A stretch of DNA of 64,000 nt from Escherichia coli (GCF_024298765.1 NZ_CP101210.1), one strand, 5' to 3'; positions 19,833-33,396 are shown, counted from the stretch's first letter. The notes: a model not told the origin generated them from the sequence alone. Translations and numbers: made by a program.

Positions 19833-20621
19833 ATGCAAGTCGACCTGCTGGGTTCAGCGCAATCTGCGCACGCGTTACACCTTTTTCACCAACATTCCCC
19901 TCTTGTGCACTGCATGACCAATGATGTGGTGCAAACCTTTACCGCCAATACCTTGCTGGCGCTCGGTGCATCGCCAGCGATGGTTATCGAAACCGAAGAG
20001 GCCAGTCAGTTTGCGGCTATCGCCAGTGCCTTGTTGATTAACGTTGGCACACTGACGCAGCCACGCGCTCAGGCGATGCGTGCTGCCGTTGAGCAAGCAA
20101 AAAGCTCTCAAACACCCTGGACGCTTGATCCAGTAGCGGTGGGTGCGCTCGATTATCGCCGCCATTTTTGTCATGAACTTTTATCTTTTAAACCGGCAGC
20201 GATACGTGGTAATGCTTCGGAAATCATGGCATTAGCTGGCATTGCTAATGGCGGACGGGGAGTGGATACCACTGACGCCGCAGCTAACGCGATACCCGCT
20301 GCACAAACACTGGCACGGGAAACTGGCGCAATCGTCGTGGTCACTGGCGAGATGGATTATGTTACCGATGGACATCGTATCATTGGTATTCACGGTGGTG
20401 ATCCGTTAATGACCAAAGTGGTAGGAACTGGCTGTGCATTATCGGCGGTTGTCGCTGCCTGCTGTGCGTTACCAGGCGATACGCTGGAAAATGTCGCATC
20501 TGCCTGTCACTGGATGAAACAAGCCGGAGAACGCGCAGTCGCCAGAAGCGAGGGGCCAGGCAGTTTTGTTCCACATTTCCTTGATGCGCTCTGGCAATTG
20601 ACGCAGGAGGTGCAGGCATGA
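19833..20621 (+). CDS. thiM: Hydroxyethylthiazole kinase
   Basis: 262 aa; ThiM family; overlaps the thiD start by 4 bp. Confidence 0.95.
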
Positions 20622-21418
20622 AACGAATTAACGCTCTGACGATTGCCGGTACTGATCCGAGTGGTGGTGCGGGGATTCAGGCCGATCTTAAAACCTTCTC
20701 GGCACTTGGCGCTTATGGTTGCTCAGTTATTACTGCACTGGTGGCGCAAAATACCCGTGGCGTACAGTCGGTGTATCGCATTGAGCCTGATTTTGTCGCC
20801 GCCCAGCTCGATTCGGTGTTCAGCGATGTGCGAATCGATACCACTAAAATCGGTATGCTGGCGGAAACCGATATTGTTGAAGCGGTGGCAGAACGGTTGC
20901 AACGTTATCAGATCCAAAACGTGGTACTCGACACCGTTATGCTGGCAAAAAGCGGCGACCCGCTGCTTTCACCTTCGGCGGTTGCTACGCTGCGCAGTCG
21001 ATTATTGCCACAGGTTTCATTAATAACGCCAAACTTGCCCGAAGCTGCCGCCTTGCTCGACGCGCCACACGCGCGCACCGAACAGGAAATGCTGGAACAA
21101 GGGCGATCGCTGTTGGCGATGGGCTGTGGCGCAGTGCTAATGAAAGGTGGTCATCTGGATGATGAGCAAAGCCCGGACTGGCTGTTTACCCGCGAGGGTG
21201 AACAACGGTTTACCGCACCGCGCATTATGACCAAAAACACCCACGGCACTGGTTGTACACTCTCTGCGGCGTTGGCTGCACTACGCCCGCGCCATACAAA
21301 CTGGGCTGACACCGTACAGGAGGCAAAAAGCTGGCTTTCATCGGCGTTAGCCCAGGCCGACACGCTGGAAGTTGGTCACGGTATTGGTCCGGTTCACCAC
21401 TTCCACGCCTGGTGGTGA
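20618..21418 (+). CDS. thiD: Hydroxymethylpyrimidine / phosphomethylpyrimidine kinase
   Basis: 266 aa; ribokinase-like fold motifs. Confidence 0.95.
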
Positions 21419-21473
21419 GCACCGTACTATAGCTGCTTTGGTTATTGTCAGCCTTTGGCACTGACATTCAGGG

Positions 21474-22301
21474 ATGAAACCAATGCAGCTAAGAATTACC
21501 AGTCGAAAAAAACTCACCTCTCTATTATGCGCTCTTGGGCTAATTTCCATCGTTGCAATTTATCCGCGTCAGACGGTGAATTTTTTCTATTCGACAGCAG
21601 TTCAGATTACAGACTACATCCACTTCTACGGTTATCGCCCGGTTAAATCTTTCGCTATTCGCATTCCTGCCAGTTACACCATTCACGGAATAGATGTTTC
21701 GCGCTGGCAGGAGCGGATCGACTGGCAGCGGGTGGCAAAAATGCGCGACAACGGTATCCGCTTACAGTTTGCTTTTATTAAGGCGACGGAAGGCGAAAAG
21801 CTGGTGGACCCCTATTTTTCGCGTAACTGGCAACTAAGCCGCGAAAATGGCCTGCTGCGTGGGGCGTATCATTATTTCTCCCCGTCGGTATCCGCTTCAG
21901 TTCAGGCGAGATTATTTCTGCAAACGGTGGATTTCTCACAAGGCGATTTCCCTGCCGTGCTGGACGTAGAAGAACGGGGAAAATTATCGGCAAAAGAATT
22001 ACGCAAGCGGGTAAGTCAGTGGCTAAAAATGGTCGAAAAAAGTACGGGGAAAAAGCCGATTATTTACTCAGGAGCCGTTTTTTATCACACCAATCTGGCG
22101 GGCTATTTCAATGAATATCCGTGGTGGGTGGCTCACTACTATCAACGTCGTCCGGACAATGACGGAATGGCCTGGCGCTTCTGGCAGCATTCCGACCGTG
22201 GACAGGTAGATGGCATCAATGGTCCGGTGGATTTTAATGTATTTAATGGCACGGTGGAGGAGTTGCAGGCATTCGTTGATGGGATTAAAGAAACGCCTTA
22301 A
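21474..22301 (+). CDS. yegX: Glycoside hydrolase family 25 (lysozyme-like) protein YegX
   Basis: 275-aa ORF with N-terminal hydrophobic segment; the true start may be a few codons downstream. Confidence 0.8.
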   Translation: MKPMQLRITSRKKLTSLLCALGLISIVAIYPRQTVNFFYSTAVQITDYIHFYGYRPVKSFAIRIPASYTIHGIDVSRWQERIDWQRVAKMRDNGIRLQFAFIKATEGEKLVDPYFSRNWQLSRENGLLRGAYHYFSPSVSASVQARLFLQTVDFSQGDFPAVLDVEERGKLSAKELRKRVSQWLKMVEKSTGKKPIIYSGAVFYHTNLAGYFNEYPWWVAHYYQRRPDNDGMAWRFWQHSDRGQVDGINGPVDFNVFNGTVEELQAFVDGIKETP

Positions 22302-22352
22302 ATAAGAAGCAGTGATATACTCCCACCAGACTCCTCGGCAGGAAAAAGACAA

Positions 22353-23099
22353 ATGGAACAAGCGCATACCCAGCTGATTGCCCAACTGAACGAGCGTATT
22401 TTAGCGGCGGATAACACGCCGCTTTATATTAAGTTTGCCGAAACGGTAAAAAATGCCGTGCGCAGCGGGGTGCTGGAGCATGGCAATATTTTGCCCGGTG
22501 AGCGTGATTTAAGTCAGTTAACCGGCGTTTCGCGCATTACGGTGCGCAAGGCGATGCAGGCGCTGGAAGAAGAGGGTGTGGTGACGCGTTCGCGCGGTTA
22601 CGGCACGCAGATCAACAACATCTTCGAATACTCGTTGAAAGAAGCGCGAGGTTTTTCTCAGCAGGTGGTATTGCGCGGGAAAAAGCCCGATACGCTATGG
22701 GTTAACAAGCGTGTCGTGAAATGTCCCGAAGAAGTCGCGCAGCAGCTGGCGGTCGAAGCAGGAAGTGATGTCTTTTTGCTTAAGCGTATTCGCTATGTCG
22801 ATGAAGAAGCGGTATCGATTGAGGAATCGTGGGTTCCGGCGCATTTAATTCATGATGTTGATGCCATCGGGATTTCACTTTATGACTATTTCCGCAGCCA
22901 GCACATTTACCCACAACGTACGCGTTCCCGCGTTAGCGCCCGGATGCCGGATGCCGAGTTTCAGTCACATATTCAGTTAGATAGCAAAATACCGGTGCTG
23001 GTGATCAAGCAAGTGGCGCTTGACCAACAGCAACGGCCTATTGAGTACAGCATTAGCCACTGTCGCAGCGATCTATACGTTTTTGTGTGCGAGGAGTAG
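22353..23099 (+). CDS. yegW: GntR-family (HutC-like) transcriptional regulator YegW
   Basis: N-terminal winged-HTH, C-terminal UTRA-like region; 248 aa. Confidence 0.85.
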   Translation: MEQAHTQLIAQLNERILAADNTPLYIKFAETVKNAVRSGVLEHGNILPGERDLSQLTGVSRITVRKAMQALEEEGVVTRSRGYGTQINNIFEYSLKEARGFSQQVVLRGKKPDTLWVNKRVVKCPEEVAQQLAVEAGSDVFLLKRIRYVDEEAVSIEESWVPAHLIHDVDAIGISLYDYFRSQHIYPQRTRSRVSARMPDAEFQSHIQLDSKIPVLVIKQVALDQQQRPIEYSISHCRSDLYVFVCEE

Positions 23100-24038
23100 T
23101 TCCTCGCGCGTTGGCGCACAATCACCGCCCCGATGCCCGACAACCCACGACGCCACTGCATTGCCCAGTAATACGGCATCCGCCAGTGGCAGACCAGAGG
23201 CCAGCCCGGCAAGTACGCCACCGGCATGACTGTCGCCCGCCCCAATGGTGTCGACAACTTGCGTTGGAAATGCCGGAATGCAGCCAGAAGCGTCGTTGCT
23301 GAAATACCATGCGCCTTCTTTATCGAGACGAACGATCAACGGCGCGGCAAATTTCTCCTGCCATTGCTTGCCAAGTGTTGTTATCTCTGCGGATAAAGCA
23401 AAACGTTCGGCGGCAATCTCAGCCTCTTGACGATTGAGCGACACTAAAGGTCGACAGGCCATGATCCGCGCCAGTAATGCATCCGGGATATCGCCAATAC
23501 GTGGGCCAAAATCGATAAACGGCGTCACGTCTTGCAGCTCTTCCAGCCATTCCACTAACAATTCGCCGCAGGGCGAGGCCAGTTGATAACCGGAAAAATA
23601 GAGCAGGCTGCCAGGCGCAACGGTTAATCGCGCCAGCCACTGGCGATTCCACTGATTTTCAACACCGCTGAATGACATAAAAGTGCGTTCGCCATCCGGC
23701 TCAACCAGCGCCAGACACCAGCCGTTATCACCTTCGGCGTTATCGATCAGGCTGATTAAGCCCTCTTTTGCCATCCGGTTGCGAATAATCTCCGCCCACA
23801 CGCCCTGACCGAGCGGCAAGGCATTACCCGCTTCGATGCCGAGGCGCTTTAACGCCACGGCAATATTCAGTGCGCAGCCGCCAACGTTAACGCTCTGCTG
23901 CTTCAGTTCGATATCGCACCCACGCCAGGGGAGGGCATAAGCGTCGGCGATCACATCAATGACCGCCGCGCCGACGACCATCACCGGCTGACGCGAGGTT
24001 AATTCAGGCAGCAGCGTGTGTAATCGAGCGCCGCTCAT
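23073..24038 (-). CDS. yegV: PfkB-family sugar/nucleoside kinase YegV
   Basis: 321 aa; GAGD motif (DTIGAGDSHAGG) typical of the ribokinase family. Confidence 0.85.
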   Translation of the reverse strand: MSGARLHTLLPELTSRQPVMVVGAAVIDVIADAYALPWRGCDIELKQQSVNVGGCALNIAVALKRLGIEAGNALPLGQGVWAEIIRNRMAKEGLISLIDNAEGDNGWCLALVEPDGERTFMSFSGVENQWNRQWLARLTVAPGSLLYFSGYQLASPCGELLVEWLEELQDVTPFIDFGPRIGDIPDALLARIMACRPLVSLNRQEAEIAAERFALSAEITTLGKQWQEKFAAPLIVRLDKEGAWYFSNDASGCIPAFPTQVVDTIGAGDSHAGGVLAGLASGLPLADAVLLGNAVASWVVGHRGGDCAPTREELLLAHKNV

Positions 24039-25039
24039 ACCGCCTCCCGTTGTTGACGATATTTCGCCAGCGCTGTGGCATAGCGGTTGAAATCAAGCTG
24101 ATTTACCGCATCCAGTTCCGCCTTTAATGCAGGATCGATAGCGTTAACGCCATGCAACGCGCCGCAAATCGCCGTCGCCATAGCGCCGATGGTGTCTGTG
24201 TCGCCGCCAAGGTTAGCGCACAGGACGGCGCAGCGATTCGGGTCGGTTTGTGCCAGTTCAACCAGCGCAATGGCGCACGGAACGGACTCAATAGTGCTGG
24301 TACCTGCGCCAACGACCTGGTAAAGCTGTTCGCTGGCGGATTCGGTGCCGTCGGCATTGCGCACAATTTTCAGCGCAATCTCCAGACGTGCTGCCAGTGA
24401 GGCGCTGAAGGTAGTGATGCGTTTTTGCTGTGCATGTCGCGCAATTGAAGGCAGGGAATCAACAATCGCTGACCAGCTTTCTCCGTCAATGGCACGAGAA
24501 ATCGCCCATGCGATGACTACCGCACCTGCAACTGCCAGATCGGATTTATGGGTCGGGCTCGACGCCAGCGCCACATCATCAATAAAGGAATCAACATCAC
24601 GCGCCGGAAGCAAACAACCTAATGGCGAGACGCGCATCGCTGCGCCGTTGGTCACGCCGTTGTTTTCCAGTTCAGCAACGGGTTTACCGTCGCGAATGGC
24701 GTTAAGCGCAATCTTCGAGGTCGGACCTAGTACGTTTTTGTTAAAGGCGTCGAAACGCAGCGCCCAGTCGAGAATATTACGCCCAATCAGATCCGGATCG
24801 ATCTTGCCTTCACGTTCCAGTAACGCATCCGCCAGACACAGCGCCATCGAGGTATCGTCGGTGAATTCGGCGCGGTTAAAATAACAGGCCGCGTTATTCT
24901 CCTTTGGTCCAGGAAGAAAACGGTCAATCCAGCCAAAGTGTGCTTTAACGCGGCTGCGTGGCCAAAGCTCGGAGGGCATCCCCATCGCATCCCCTAACGC
25001 CTGCCCATAAAGAGCACCGAGAATACGTTCTGTTTTCAT
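24035..25039 (-). CDS. yegU: ADP-ribosylglycohydrolase-family protein YegU
   Basis: 334 aa; start overlaps the yegT stop, stop overlaps the yegV start. Confidence 0.8.
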   Translation of the reverse strand: MKTERILGALYGQALGDAMGMPSELWPRSRVKAHFGWIDRFLPGPKENNAACYFNRAEFTDDTSMALCLADALLEREGKIDPDLIGRNILDWALRFDAFNKNVLGPTSKIALNAIRDGKPVAELENNGVTNGAAMRVSPLGCLLPARDVDSFIDDVALASSPTHKSDLAVAGAVVIAWAISRAIDGESWSAIVDSLPSIARHAQQKRITTFSASLAARLEIALKIVRNADGTESASEQLYQVVGAGTSTIESVPCAIALVELAQTDPNRCAVLCANLGGDTDTIGAMATAICGALHGVNAIDPALKAELDAVNQLDFNRYATALAKYRQQREAV

Positions 25040-26313
25040 TTAACTTCCCCTTGTGTCAACGCAATATCGCGATCATCGACCTTGATAGCCGTAATTTCGT
25101 TGTCGGATTCGCGGAAAAAAATCATGAACAGCACGGCGATAATGGCAATCATCACCGCGCCGAAAGTCCACATCCCGGACCAGTTGAAAGTCAGTCCGTT
25201 TACCGGTTCCTGATAAGCGAACATCTTTTCCATCATCACACCGCCAAGACGATAGCCGAGCAAACTGCCGAAGCCCTGGCAGCAGAGCGTGATCAGCCCC
25301 TGCGCAGCGGTACGCATATGCACGGGGGCTTTTTTATCGACATAGATGTAAGCGGTAACGTAGTAAAAATCGTAACTTACGCCGTGAAGCAAAATACCGA
25401 GGAACAGTAACGCGTAGGTGAAATATTCATCCGCACTACCGTAAATAAAGAAGCCATAGCGGATCGCAGCGGTGACCAGACCAAGCAATAATACCTTTTT
25501 GATACCAAAGCGTTTAGTGAAAAACGGCAATGCCAGCATAAAGAAGATTTCAGAGAACTGGCCGAGCGTCATCCAGCCGGTGGCGTTTTTCATGCCAACT
25601 TCGGTCAGATAACCGTTGGCAAAGATGTAATAGAACGCTAGTGGCATCGCAAACAGGAATGAACAGAAGAAAAAGACGAGGAAGTTTTTATCGCGCAGCA
25701 GGATCAGCGCATCCAGGCCGAGCATGACTTTAATATCCATTTTGCCGGTGCTTTTTGGTGGCGTGTCGGGCAGGAAAAACGCAAACACACCGAGCAGAGC
25801 AGAACTTCCGGCGGTAATCAGCAGCGGGATGTTAGTCGGTGAGATATCGGCATACCCCAGTATTTGCGGCAAGAAACCACATGCCAGACCGGAGGCAATC
25901 CAGCCGATAGTGCCCATCACACGAATGCGCGGGAAATCACGCTCAACATCCGGCACGTTGGCAAAAGCGATGCTGTTAGTCAGCGCAATGGTCGGCATAT
26001 AGGTTAGCGAGTAGGCCAGCAGTAACGGGAAGAACCCGGCAAAAGTGGTCTGTTGCGCAGCGAAATACATCAGCAGCGCGCCTGCGAACATCAATACCGC
26101 CAGCACTTTCTGCGCCGAGAAAAAGCGGTCAGTGATGGAGCCAACCAGAATTGGCGACAGGATCGCCGCAATGGCGGTACAGGCATACGACCAGCCAATT
26201 TCTCCGGCACTAAAACCGCTTTTACTTAACCACAAGCACAATGGCACAAACCACGCGCCCCAGATAAACCATTCAACAAACATCATGAACGACAGCTTTG
26301 CTGTTGTTTTCAT
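25036..26313 (-). CDS. yegT: MFS nucleoside transporter-like protein YegT
   Basis: 425 aa, 12-TM profile, NupG/XapB-like. Confidence 0.85.
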   Translation of the reverse strand: MKTTAKLSFMMFVEWFIWGAWFVPLCLWLSKSGFSAGEIGWSYACTAIAAILSPILVGSITDRFFSAQKVLAVLMFAGALLMYFAAQQTTFAGFFPLLLAYSLTYMPTIALTNSIAFANVPDVERDFPRIRVMGTIGWIASGLACGFLPQILGYADISPTNIPLLITAGSSALLGVFAFFLPDTPPKSTGKMDIKVMLGLDALILLRDKNFLVFFFCSFLFAMPLAFYYIFANGYLTEVGMKNATGWMTLGQFSEIFFMLALPFFTKRFGIKKVLLLGLVTAAIRYGFFIYGSADEYFTYALLFLGILLHGVSYDFYYVTAYIYVDKKAPVHMRTAAQGLITLCCQGFGSLLGYRLGGVMMEKMFAYQEPVNGLTFNWSGMWTFGAVMIAIIAVLFMIFFRESDNEITAIKVDDRDIALTQGEVK

Positions 26314-26569
26314 CTTTTAATTCCTTCATGACAGGTAATGTAAGGTACGCGATGACAATACCACTTAATGATACCTTTTAAATACCTTTGCGGTGAAAAC
26401 TTGACCGCGCTAACATTTTTTCTGATGAATCGAGCCAACAGAAAACGCTGAAAAAACATCCAAAAGATGGAAAAACTCGCCCGTAACGACCAGGATTATG
26501 ATTGCCCGCAAAAGGCGGGCCAGGAAAATCCATAGCCGATATCCAATCGGAATTTACGGGAGCATAGTA

Positions 26570-27622
26570 ATGACAGATATTGCGCAGTTGCTTGGCAAAG
26601 ACGCCGACAACCTTTTACAGCACCGTTGTATGACTATTCCTTCTGACCAGCTTTATCTCCCCGGACATGACTACGTAGACCGCGTGATGATTGACAATAA
26701 TCGCCCGCCTGCGGTGTTACGTAATATGCAGACGTTGTACAACACCGGGCGTCTGGCTGGCACAGGATATCTTTCTATTCTGCCGGTTGACCAGGGCGTT
26801 GAGCACTCTGCCGGAGCTTCATTTGCTGCTAACCCGCTCTACTTTGACCCGAAAAACATTGTTGAACTGGCGATCGAAGCGGGCTGTAACTGTGTGGCGT
26901 CAACTTACGGCGTGCTGGCGTCGGTATCGCGGCGTTATGCGCATCGCATTCCATTCCTCGTCAAACTTAATCACAACGAGACGCTAAGTTACCCAAACAC
27001 CTACGATCAGACGCTGTATGCCAGCGTGGAGCAGGCGTTCAACATGGGCGCGGTGGCGGTTGGTGCGACTATCTATTTTGGCTCGGAAGAGTCACGTCGC
27101 CAGATTGAAGAAATTTCTGCGGCTTTTGAACGTGCGCACGAGCTGGGCATGGTGACAGTGCTGTGGGCCTATTTGCGTAACTCCGCCTTTAAGAAAGATG
27201 GCGTTGATTACCATGTCTCCGCCGACCTGACTGGTCAGGCGAACCATCTGGCGGCAACCATAGGTGCAGATATCGTCAAACAAAAAATGGCGGAAAATAA
27301 CGGCGGCTATAAAGCGATTAATTACGGTTATACCGACGATCGCGTGTACAGCAAGTTAACCAGCGAAAACCCGATTGATCTGGTGCGTTATCAGTTAGCT
27401 AACTGCTATATGGGCCGGGCTGGGTTGATAAACTCCGGCGGTGCTGCGGGCGGTGAAACTGACCTCAGTGATGCAGTGCGTACTGCGGTTATCAACAAAC
27501 GCGCTGGCGGAATGGGGCTGATTCTTGGACGTAAAGCGTTCAAGAAATCGATGGCTGACGGCGTGAAACTGATTAACGCCGTGCAGGACGTTTATCTCGA
27601 TAGCAAAATTACTATCGCCTGA
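26570..27622 (+). CDS. fbaB: Fructose-bisphosphate aldolase class I
   Basis: Start set at [10 protein letters not shown] (26570), 350 aa. Confidence 0.9.
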
Positions 27623-27644
27623 TACGCCTTATACGAACAACACC

Positions 27645-27766
27645 ACCCCGTAGGACGGATAAGGCGTTTACGCTGCATCCGGCAACCTATGCCTGATGCG
27701 ACGCTGAAGCGTCTTATCATGCCTACATAGCACTGCCACGTATGTTTACACCGCATCCGGCATAAA
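27645..27766. repeat. REP/BIME cluster (at least three REP units)
   Basis: Repeated REP-like palindromes GTAGGACGGATAAGGCG / GCATCCGGCA / GCCTGATGCGACGCTG / CCGCATCCGGCA. Confidence 0.8.
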
Positions 27767-27873
27767 AACACGCGCACTTTGCTACGGCTTCCCCCGGGAG
27801 GCCGTTTTTTTTGCCTGTCATTCTGGATTAATTTTCACATTGTCGTTTTTGTGATCGTTATCTCGACATTTAA

Positions 27874-28798
<925 letters not shown>

Positions 28799-28799
28799 T

Positions 28800-30073
<1,274 letters not shown>

Positions 30074-30082
30074 GGACGGTAT

Positions 30083-30535
30083 ATGACTAACCTGTTTGTT
30101 CGTAGCGGAATTTCTTTTGTCGATCGTAGCGAAGTTTTAACCCATATCGGTAATGAGATGCTCGCGAAAGGTGTGGTTTATGATACCTGGCCACAGGCAT
30201 TAATTGCCAGAGAAGCAGAATTCCCTACCGGGATAATGCTTGAGCAGCACGCCATTGCTATACCGCATTGTGAGGCGATTCATGCTAAGTCGTCAGCCAT
30301 TTATCTGTTAAGGCCAACAAATAAAGTTCATTTTCAGCAAGCGGATGATGATAACGACGTGGAGGTGTCGTTGGTTATTGCGTTGATTGTGGAAAATCCG
30401 CAGCAGCAATTGAAACTTTTACGCTGTTTATTTGGCAAGTTACAACAGCCCGATATCGTCGAGACACTAATTACTCTTCCTGAAACTCAGTTAAAGGAAT
30501 ACTTCACAAAGTATGTTTTAGATTCAGACGAATAA
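30083..30535 (+). CDS. gatA: PTS galactitol-specific EIIA
   Basis: 150 aa. Confidence 0.9.
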   Translation: MTNLFVRSGISFVDRSEVLTHIGNEMLAKGVVYDTWPQALIAREAEFPTGIMLEQHAIAIPHCEAIHAKSSAIYLLRPTNKVHFQQADDDNDVEVSLVIALIVENPQQQLKLLRCLFGKLQQPDIVETLITLPETQLKEYFTKYVLDSDE

Positions 30536-30565
30536 ATCCCTCTGTAACAATAAAAAGGACTATTT

Positions 30566-30850
30566 ATGAAACGCAAGATTATTGTCGCTTGCGGAGGCGC
30601 GGTTGCGACCTCTACGATGGCGGCGGAAGAAATTAAAGAGTTGTGTCAGAATCATAATATTCCTGTTGAATTAATCCAGTGTCGGGTTAATGAAATAGAA
30701 ACCTATATGGATGGTGTGCATTTGATATGCACCACTGCCAAAGTGGATCGTAGTTTTGGCGATATTCCGTTAGTTCACGGCATGCCTTTTATTTCTGGTG
30801 TCGGTATCGAAGCATTACAAAATAAAATTCTGACTATCTTACAGGGGTGA
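30566..30850 (+). CDS. gatB: PTS galactitol-specific EIIB
   Basis: 94 aa; active-site Cys near the N-terminus ([11 protein letters not shown]). Confidence 0.9.
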   Translation: MKRKIIVACGGAVATSTMAAEEIKELCQNHNIPVELIQCRVNEIETYMDGVHLICTTAKVDRSFGDIPLVHGMPFISGVGIEALQNKILTILQG

Positions 30851-30853
30851 CCT

Positions 30854-32209
30854 ATGTTTTCAGAAGTCATGCGTTATATTCTCGACCTCGGCCCTACGGT
30901 GATGCTTCCGATTGTCATCATTATTTTTTCTAAAATATTAGGCATGAAGGCAGGCGATTGCTTTAAAGCGGGTCTGCATATCGGGATTGGCTTTGTTGGC
31001 ATTGGCCTTGTGATTGGCTTAATGCTGGATTCCATTGGCCCGGCGGCGAAAGCGATGGCGGAAAATTTCGACCTGAATCTGCATGTGGTCGATGTTGGCT
31101 GGCCGGGCTCTTCACCAATGACCTGGGCGTCGCAAATTGCGCTGGTGGCGATTCCGATTGCGATTCTGGTTAACGTGGCGATGTTACTGACCCGTATGAC
31201 GCGGGTGGTAAATGTTGATATCTGGAATATCTGGCATATGACCTTCACCGGCGCGTTGCTGCATCTGGCAACCGGTTCATGGATGATAGGGATGGCAGGT
31301 GTGGTAATTCACGCGGCGTTTGTTTATAAGCTCGGCGACTGGTTTGCCCGCGATACCCGAAATTTCTTTGAGCTGGAAGGTATTGCTATTCCGCACGGTA
31401 CGTCGGCGTATATGGGGCCGATTGCGGTGCTGGTCGATGCTATCATCGAGAAAATCCCAGGCGTTAACCGAATTAAATTTAGCGCCGACGATATTCAGCG
31501 CAAATTTGGTCCATTTGGCGAGCCTGTCACCGTGGGTTTTGTGATGGGGCTGATTATCGGCATCCTCGCGGGTTACGATGTCAAAGGTGTATTGCAGCTG
31601 GCGGTAAAAACGGCGGCAGTGATGCTGCTAATGCCACGGGTGATTAAACCCATCATGGATGGTTTAACGCCCATCGCTAAGCAGGCTCGTAGTCGTTTAC
31701 AGGCGAAGTTCGGCGGTCAGGAGTTCCTGATTGGCCTTGATCCGGCGTTGCTGCTGGGACATACGGCGGTGGTATCGGCAAGCCTGATTTTTATCCCACT
31801 CACCATTTTAATTGCTGTTTGTGTGCCGGGTAATCAGGTGCTGCCGTTTGGCGATCTTGCCACCATCGGCTTCTTCGTGGCGATGGCGGTCGCCGTGCAT
31901 CGTGGAAATCTGTTCCGCACCTTAATCTCGGGTGTCATCATTATGAGCATCACCCTGTGGATCGCGACGCAAACTATTGGTTTGCACACCCAACTGGCGG
32001 CTAATGCTGGGGCGTTAAAAGCCGGGGGTATGGTGGCTTCAATGGATCAGGGCGGTTCTCCCATTACCTGGTTACTGATTCAGGTTTTCTCCCCGCAAAA
32101 TATTCCCGGTTTCATTATTATCGGTGCAATTTATCTGACCGGTATTTTCATGACCTGGCGTAGAGCGCGTGGCTTTATTAAACAAGAGAAAGTCGTTCTC
32201 GCAGAATAA
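30854..32209 (+). CDS. gatC: PTS galactitol-specific EIIC
   Basis: 451-aa polytopic membrane protein. Confidence 0.9.
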   Translation: MFSEVMRYILDLGPTVMLPIVIIIFSKILGMKAGDCFKAGLHIGIGFVGIGLVIGLMLDSIGPAAKAMAENFDLNLHVVDVGWPGSSPMTWASQIALVAIPIAILVNVAMLLTRMTRVVNVDIWNIWHMTFTGALLHLATGSWMIGMAGVVIHAAFVYKLGDWFARDTRNFFELEGIAIPHGTSAYMGPIAVLVDAIIEKIPGVNRIKFSADDIQRKFGPFGEPVTVGFVMGLIIGILAGYDVKGVLQLAVKTAAVMLLMPRVIKPIMDGLTPIAKQARSRLQAKFGGQEFLIGLDPALLLGHTAVVSASLIFIPLTILIAVCVPGNQVLPFGDLATIGFFVAMAVAVHRGNLFRTLISGVIIMSITLWIATQTIGLHTQLAANAGALKAGGMVASMDQGGSPITWLLIQVFSPQNIPGFIIIGAIYLTGIFMTWRRARGFIKQEKVVLAE

Positions 32210-32256
32210 TTTTTACCTGAGGGGGAGGTTATCCCCCTTAACAATCAGGAGTTTTT

Positions 32257-33297
32257 ATGAAATCAGTGGTGAATGATACTGATGGTATCGTGCGCGTTGC
32301 AGAAAGCGTCATTCCTGAAATTAAACATCAGGATGAGGTGCGGGTAAAAATTGCCAGCTCGGGCTTATGTGGTTCCGATTTACCCAGGATATTTAAAAAT
32401 GGTGCACATTATTATCCAATAACGTTAGGCCATGAATTTAGCGGCTATATTGATGCGGTGGGATCCGGTGTTGATGATTTACACCCTGGCGATGCGGTTG
32501 CCTGTGTGCCGTTATTACCCTGTTTTACTTGTCCAGAGTGTCTGAAAGGGTTTTATTCCCAGTGCGCAAAATATGATTTTATTGGCTCGCGGCGTGATGG
32601 TGGATTTGCTGAATATATTGTCGTTAAGCGAAAAAATGTCTTTGCTCTACCCACGGATATGCCTATTGAGGATGGGGCTTTTATTGAGCCGATTACCGTT
32701 GGTCTGCATGCTTTTCATTTAGCGCAAGGTTGTGAGAATAAAAACGTTATTATTATTGGTGCCGGAACCATTGGCCTGCTGGCCATTCAGTGCGCTGTCG
32801 CGCTGGGAGCAAAGAGTGTGACGGCGATCGACATTAGTTCAGAAAAACTGGCACTGGCAAAATCTTTCGGTGCGATGCAAACATTTAACAGTAGCGAAAT
32901 GAGCGCGCCGCAAATGCAGAGCGTTTTACGCGAACTGCGCTTTAATCAGCTTATCCTCGAGACGGCTGGCGTACCGCAAACTGTCGAACTGGCGGTAGAG
33001 ATTGCCGGTCCTCATGCCCAACTGGCGCTGGTGGGCACGTTGCATCAGGATCTGCATTTAACATCGGCAACGTTTGGCAAAATATTGCGTAAAGAGCTGA
33101 CGGTTATCGGCAGTTGGATGAACTACTCCAGCCCTTGGCCGGGGCAGGAGTGGGAAACGGCGAGCCGGTTGCTGACAGAACGTAAGTTAAGCCTGGAGCC
33201 ATTAATCGCTCACCGTGGAAGCTTTGAAAGCTTCGCCCAGGCGGTGCGTGACATCGCTCGTAATGCTATGCCGGGCAAAGTGTTGCTCATTCCCTGA
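32257..33297 (+). CDS. gatD: Galactitol-1-phosphate 5-dehydrogenase (Zn-dependent MDR family)
   Basis: 346 aa; GHEFSG zinc-ligand motif and Rossmann GAGTIG. Confidence 0.9.
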   Translation: MKSVVNDTDGIVRVAESVIPEIKHQDEVRVKIASSGLCGSDLPRIFKNGAHYYPITLGHEFSGYIDAVGSGVDDLHPGDAVACVPLLPCFTCPECLKGFYSQCAKYDFIGSRRDGGFAEYIVVKRKNVFALPTDMPIEDGAFIEPITVGLHAFHLAQGCENKNVIIIGAGTIGLLAIQCAVALGAKSVTAIDISSEKLALAKSFGAMQTFNSSEMSAPQMQSVLRELRFNQLILETAGVPQTVELAVEIAGPHAQLALVGTLHQDLHLTSATFGKILRKELTVIGSWMNYSSPWPGQEWETASRLLTERKLSLEPLIAHRGSFESFAQAVRDIARNAMPGKVLLIP

Positions 33298-33396
33298 AAC
33301 CGCGGGCCAGCGTGATGCTGGCCCGGTATTGTGCAAAACAGATCATTCACCAATGGTCCCCCTTCGTTTACACTAGCCACAATTGAATATGGGTAA

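Noticed and set aside
24345-24884. 179-aa ORF antisense to yegU
   Set aside because: Shadow ORF; the tight yegT-yegU-yegV overlap arrangement supports the minus-strand genes.
27770-27810. Possible intrinsic terminator after fbaB (CCCCCGGGAGGCCGTTTTTTTT)
   Set aside because: The stem is poorly self-complementary; the T-run may belong to the REP/BIME cluster context rather than a defined hairpin terminator.
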